Under the pieces are notes generated by a model. That model saw only the letters and a list, made by a program, of their open reading frames with translations, was not told the DNA's origin and made no database searches. This document shows, piece by piece, positions 60,834-64,000 of a DNA stretch of 64,000 nucleotides. Position 1 is the stretch's first letter, and each line of letters begins with the position of its first letter. Source of the stretch: a virus; IMG/VR virus record IMGVR_UViG_3300045988_111022; one strand, written 5' to 3'. Both the position numbers and the translations under genes were made by a program.

Positions 60834-61502
60834 TTGATTTTGATTTCCCCGTATAAGAACACTTTCAGAGTATCGCAAGCGTATAGGCATCTGAGGTCGG
60901 ATGGCACATATCACCAAGGCTATGACCTCGTGGGCATCGGAGACAAGCACATTTACTCTCCTGTATACGGTACGGTTATTCGTGCTGGATGGGAGTGTGC
61001 AACGCTCCCCAAAAAGGGTTTTGGTCAGCGCGTTGTGCTTAGGGTGGGGTGCACGAACTACTATATGTACTTTGGGCATCTGTCGCAAATCAATGTGGCC
61101 GCAGGTCAAAAGCTGAAGCCGGGTGACCTGATCGGCGTTGAGGGAAGTACGGGACACAGCACCGGAAGTCACCTGCACTGGGAAATCCGTATCAACGACA
61201 TTAAAACGGGCTATGTGTCGGTGTATCATTATGCAGGAATCCCCAACATGCCCGGTTCGGCATCGTATACGTCTAACTGGGCGGCTGAAATCTTCGGCCC
61301 CGGAAATCTGATAAAGCCGACCAGCGGTTATCCGCAGCGGCTGTATAATTCCGCGCTTCAAGGGGCGCTGGGCATCAACCAAGACGGCGTCTTTGGTGCA
61401 AACACTGAAAAGGCCGTCAAAGAATTCCAGACGGCGCACGGCCTGACTGCGGATGGTATCGTTGGAACGCAGACAAAGGCGGCGCTTTCCAAGCTGTTTT
61501 GA
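60834..61502 (+). CDS. Endolysin: M23 peptidase domain plus PG_binding_1 domain
   Basis: HQGYDL...GTVIRAG...YFGHLSQINVAAGQKLKPGDLIGVEGSTGHSTGSHLHWEIR (LytM/M23). C-terminal LQGALGINQDGVFGANTEKAVKEFQTAHGLTADGIVGTQT. TTG start after GGAGGTGG. Confidence 0.85.
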   Translation: MILISPYKNTFRVSQAYRHLRSDGTYHQGYDLVGIGDKHIYSPVYGTVIRAGWECATLPKKGFGQRVVLRVGCTNYYMYFGHLSQINVAAGQKLKPGDLIGVEGSTGHSTGSHLHWEIRINDIKTGYVSVYHYAGIPNMPGSASYTSNWAAEIFGPGNLIKPTSGYPQRLYNSALQGALGINQDGVFGANTEKAVKEFQTAHGLTADGIVGTQTKAALSKLF

Positions 61503-61517
61503 GAAAGGGGATAAGGT

Positions 61518-61826
61518 ATGAATACTGCTACTATCATTACGGTTGCCATTATGGCCGTGGCGCTGGTCGTTGTTGCGGCCTGCATGATTCGTTTGGGGTA
61601 CAAAGCACTGCTGGCCGAATGGGCGATTGAGGCCATCACCAAAGCTGAAAAAGAGTTCGTCGGCACCAAGCTGGGCGAAGCCCGTTTGGCGGTTGTCGTG
61701 TCGTGGCTGCGCGCAAAGGTTCCCGCTCCCCTGCGCTTTCTGGTTACGGACAGCATGATTCAGAAAGTGGTGCAGATGACCTTTAATGCAGCCAAGGCAG
61801 GGCTGGAGGTGCTGAAGGATGCTTAA
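61518..61826 (+). CDS. Holin-like membrane protein (LL-H-like)
   Basis: N-terminal TM IITVAIMAVALVVVAACMI and a helical C-terminus. Adjacent to the endolysin. Confidence 0.6.
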   Translation: MNTATIITVAIMAVALVVVAACMIRLGYKALLAEWAIEAITKAEKEFVGTKLGEARLAVVVSWLRAKVPAPLRFLVTDSMIQKVVQMTFNAAKAGLEVLKDA

Positions 61827-61915
61827 ACGGTGCGTGGAATGGCTCTTAGACCGTCTCCCCGTCACGAGATGGATCGAATTGCTGACACTCACCGACGACT
61901 GAAAGGAGGATACAG

Positions 61916-62308
61916 GTGCTTGCAGGAACAGCCGAAGTGTTTACTGTCACCGTTCCGGCGTGGATCTTGGCGGCGCTGGCGTTCTTAGGAACTGTTTTGG
62001 GCGGCGCGATTTCCTTTGCCGTGAATCAGCTTCTTATCAAGGGCGCGGCGGACCGTGCGGCAAAGAAGCGCGAAAAGGAAGATGAACAACGCCGTGAACG
62101 GTATATTTTGCAGATGGACAGCCGTAAGGCTACATTCGACCTGCTATCCTGCATTTGTGCCGGCATTGAGCGGATGGAAACGGAAACTGGGCAGATTTAC
62201 TGGAACGGAGAGCTGAAACGCTGTCTCTCCCATTTGGAAGGCGTGGATGAACGGTACAGAGAATCAGACCAGCGGCAGCTTGCTGAACTGAATACTCGGA
62301 ACAAATGA
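61916..62308 (+). CDS. Membrane-anchored protein (lysis accessory?)
   Basis: GTG start after AAAGGAGGA. TM WILAALAFLGTVLGGAISFAV, then a charged coiled coil. Confidence 0.5.
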   Translation: MLAGTAEVFTVTVPAWILAALAFLGTVLGGAISFAVNQLLIKGAADRAAKKREKEDEQRRERYILQMDSRKATFDLLSCICAGIERMETETGQIYWNGELKRCLSHLEGVDERYRESDQRQLAELNTRNK

Positions 62309-62310
62309 CA

Positions 62311-62366
62311 ACACCCCCGTCACCTGTCAGATGAAAAGTCGAAACAGGTGACGGGGGTGTTTTTTG
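62311..62366 (+). terminator. Very strong rho-independent terminator (provisional right end of the phage late region)
   Basis: ACACCCCCGTCACCTGT (62311-62327) / ACAGGTGACGGGGGTGT (62344-62360), followed by TTTTTT. Confidence 0.9.
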
Positions 62367-62385
62367 CTTTTTATGCAATAAAGAA

Positions 62386-62411
62386 TCACAAAATTCGTGA
62401 TAATCTAACAA
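62386..62411 (+). promoter_or_regulatory. Palindrome TCAC-N7-GTGA overlapping GATAAT and an ATCTAACAA half-site
   Basis: TCACAAAATTCGTGA at 62386-62400. GATAAT at 62399-62404. ATCTAACAA at 62403-62411. Upstream of the XRE gene. Confidence 0.35.
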
Positions 62412-62468
62412 TCCCCTGATTTTTCCAGAAGAAAAGAATATCTTTTATTGTAAGGAGCGAGCGAGTAT

Positions 62469-62738
62469 ATGATTAGAATTTTACTGTCCAAGAAGCTAGG
62501 CGAGCTGAAATGGACGCAAGCAGATCTGGCACGCGCTACAGGCATTCGGCCGACTACAATCAGTGATTACTACAACGAAATTGCAGAGAGAATGAATCTG
62601 AATCATTTGGACCTCATCTGCGAAGCGCTGGATTGCGAACCGGACGAAATACTTGTACGTGTTCCAAATCCTGAACCAAGGGTAAGGAATCGTACTGGCT
62701 TTGAGAAACCCGCGACGGAATCAAAAGTCGGTATATAA
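62469..62738 (+). CDS. XRE-family HTH regulator
   Basis: LGELKWTQADLARATGIRPTTISDYYNEIAERMNLNHLDLICEALDCEPDEIL. Confidence 0.8.
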   Translation: MIRILLSKKLGELKWTQADLARATGIRPTTISDYYNEIAERMNLNHLDLICEALDCEPDEILVRVPNPEPRVRNRTGFEKPATESKVGI

Positions 62739-62946
62739 GGGAAAGGGCGGCTTTCGGGTCGTCCTTTTTCTGTTGCGTGACATTTGTATGAAACAAATGT
62801 ATTATAATAATGTATATGGCAGTTGAATGGAGCATTTGATGGTCCGCCGGGGTGAATTTTGTGCCACCTTGAAAAAAGTGCGGTTTTGTGGTATTCTTTA
62901 TGTGACAAATGATTCATTCAAGTGTTATATAAAAGTAGGTGAGCCG

Positions 62947-63762
62947 ATGGGAGAGAATAAGACGCCGCAGGAGTTGGACTTTGAGCGGAAGCATGAAGAG
63001 TATCTGCATCGGATTCAGAATCTTCGCCTTATCGACGATAACTTTATGACGAAAGTTTTTGAAGATAAAGAGTGTTCGGAGTTTCTGCTTCAGGTGATTT
63101 TAGACCGTGATGACCTGACAATTCGTGAAGTTCACAGTCAATACGGCTTGAATAATATTCAAGGTCGCTCGGCCCGCTTGGATATTCTAGCCGTGGATGA
63201 GCAGAATAAAGCCTATAACATTGAGATCCAGCGCAACGACCGCGGTGCAGAGGTCAGACGAGCTCGTTACAACAGCGGTTTGATGGATGCCAATATTACG
63301 GAGCCGGGTGATCGTTACGACCAACTATATGAAACCTATGTGATATTTATCACTGAAAATGATATTTTGAAAGCCGGTCTCCCGATTTATCATATCGAAC
63401 GGACAATCCAAGAAACGGGAATGCCGTTCGGAGATGGAGCACATATTATTTATGTGAACTCTCAAATCAAGGATGATACCAAACTGGGCCGTTTGATGCA
63501 GGATTTTACCTGCACAAACCCGGATGATATGAATTATCCGGTACTGGCGCAGCGGGTACGCTATTTCAAAGAGGACACGAAAGGAGTGGCAACTATGTGC
63601 AGAGCTTTTGAAGAAGTGAGAGAAGAAGGCATGCGGGCAAATGCACTTGAGGCGGCCAAGCGGTTGCTCTTAGGCGGCAAGTTGTCCTATGAGGAAATTG
63701 CCGAAGCTCAAGGGCTGACCGTCGAGGAAGTCAAGGCGCTTGACGCAAAGCGGTCCGCCTGA
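62947..63762 (+). CDS. Rpn-family / PD-(D/E)XK nuclease-type putative transposase
   Basis: RLIDDNFMTKVFEDKECSEFLLQVIL...RSARLDILAVDEQNKAYNIEIQRND...YVIFITENDI... is the typical Rpn/YhgA-like core (D...E.Q). ATG at 62947 after AGGTGAG. Confidence 0.75.
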   Translation: MGENKTPQELDFERKHEEYLHRIQNLRLIDDNFMTKVFEDKECSEFLLQVILDRDDLTIREVHSQYGLNNIQGRSARLDILAVDEQNKAYNIEIQRNDRGAEVRRARYNSGLMDANITEPGDRYDQLYETYVIFITENDILKAGLPIYHIERTIQETGMPFGDGAHIIYVNSQIKDDTKLGRLMQDFTCTNPDDMNYPVLAQRVRYFKEDTKGVATMCRAFEEVREEGMRANALEAAKRLLLGGKLSYEEIAEAQGLTVEEVKALDAKRSA

Positions 63763-64000
63763 TGCTGTGACATCATTTTGACAGCAATTTTCGTTGTAGT
63801 CAAAAACACACAATGAACGGAGTGGAAAATACACTCCGCCAAATCGGAAAATTGTACCTGTTACAACCAGAAAACAGCTTTCCAGAATCGAGCTCGAGTA
63901 ATGGAATATGAGAAAATAAAACGTGTCTACGACTGAAAAATGATAAATTTCGGAAGAATGACATCACTTTGACATCACCTGCGGCAAAAAGCACCTGCTG

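Larger units (their letters stand above)
1..62366. mobile_element. Near-complete temperate myovirus-like prophage. The left end is cut by the window inside the integrase gene. The right end is provisionally placed at the terminator after the lysis cassette.
   Basis: Canonical order: int, repressor switches, recombination/replication, terminase, portal, capsid, sheath/tube, tape measure, baseplate, fibres, lysin/holin. About 100 tightly packed same-strand genes with overlapping stop/start codons. att sites are not visible because attL lies left of the window. Confidence 0.85.

Noticed and set aside
61819-61902. 27-codon ORF between the holin-like and membrane-protein genes
   Set aside because: It has a plausible RBS (GGAGGTG) but is too short and featureless to call. 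It is mentioned only in the lysis finding.

Overview
Scope and limits: everything below comes from reading the sequence and the supplied ORF track by eye. No database, HMM, folding or alignment tool was run. Family names are motif-level recognitions from memory. Start codons were chosen by RBS and spacing inspection and may be off by a few codons.

Overall call: about 1-62.4 kb is one nearly complete temperate prophage with a contractile tail, in a moderately GC-rich host that looks like Firmicutes/Clostridia. All late genes are on the + strand.

Gene order:
- Lysogeny end: a tyrosine integrase truncated by the left window edge (minus strand), a DUF4236 membrane protein, then three stacked divergent XRE-repressor/operator switch modules with small early genes (1.8-8 kb).
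- Early and replication genes: Xis-like HTH, SLT transglycosylase, DUF6011, DUF1351-RecT-MBL nuclease recombination module, HNH-like protein, DnaD-like replication organiser, HsdM-like protein lacking NPPY, PcfK(AcrIIA9)-like and PcfJ-like proteins, DUF5131, phage sliding clamp.
- Small accessory genes: YopX, DUF551, MazG-like, ASCH, two Lar-like zinc ribbons.
- Late regulation and DNA modification: a sigma/ArpU-like late regulator, then a five-gene putative 7-deazaguanine DNA-modification salvage operon (ParB-like, DpdA-like, SAM-MTase, QueF-like, QueT).
- Packaging and head: TerS, TerL, a portal fused to NUDIX plus a C-terminal nuclease-like domain, CPCC protein, three tRNAs, head module (MuF-like, DUF2213, cement-like, DUF2184 capsid).
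- Tail: sheath (DUF3383), tube (DUF3277), chaperone with a -1 frameshift site, tape measure, Mu-like baseplate, tail fibre.
- Fibre-distal genes: a CXXX-repeat Cys-ladder protein with its radical SAM/SPASM maturase cassette, further fibre proteins, and an orphan reverse transcriptase with a structured leader.
- Lysis: XkdW/XkdX-like genes, M23 endolysin, holin.
- Right of a strong terminator (62.31-62.37 kb): an XRE regulator and an Rpn/PD-(D/E)XK nuclease, which may be host or cargo.

No rRNA genes, CRISPR arrays or IS elements were seen.

Most interesting, in order: (1) the CXXX-repeat/rSAM cassette inside the fibre module; (2) the salvage-type deazaguanine DNA-modification operon; (3) the non-DGR reverse transcriptase plus leader; (4) the portal-NUDIX polyvalent fusion; (5) repeated regulatory architecture and a candidate origin with a 26-nt exact inverted copy.
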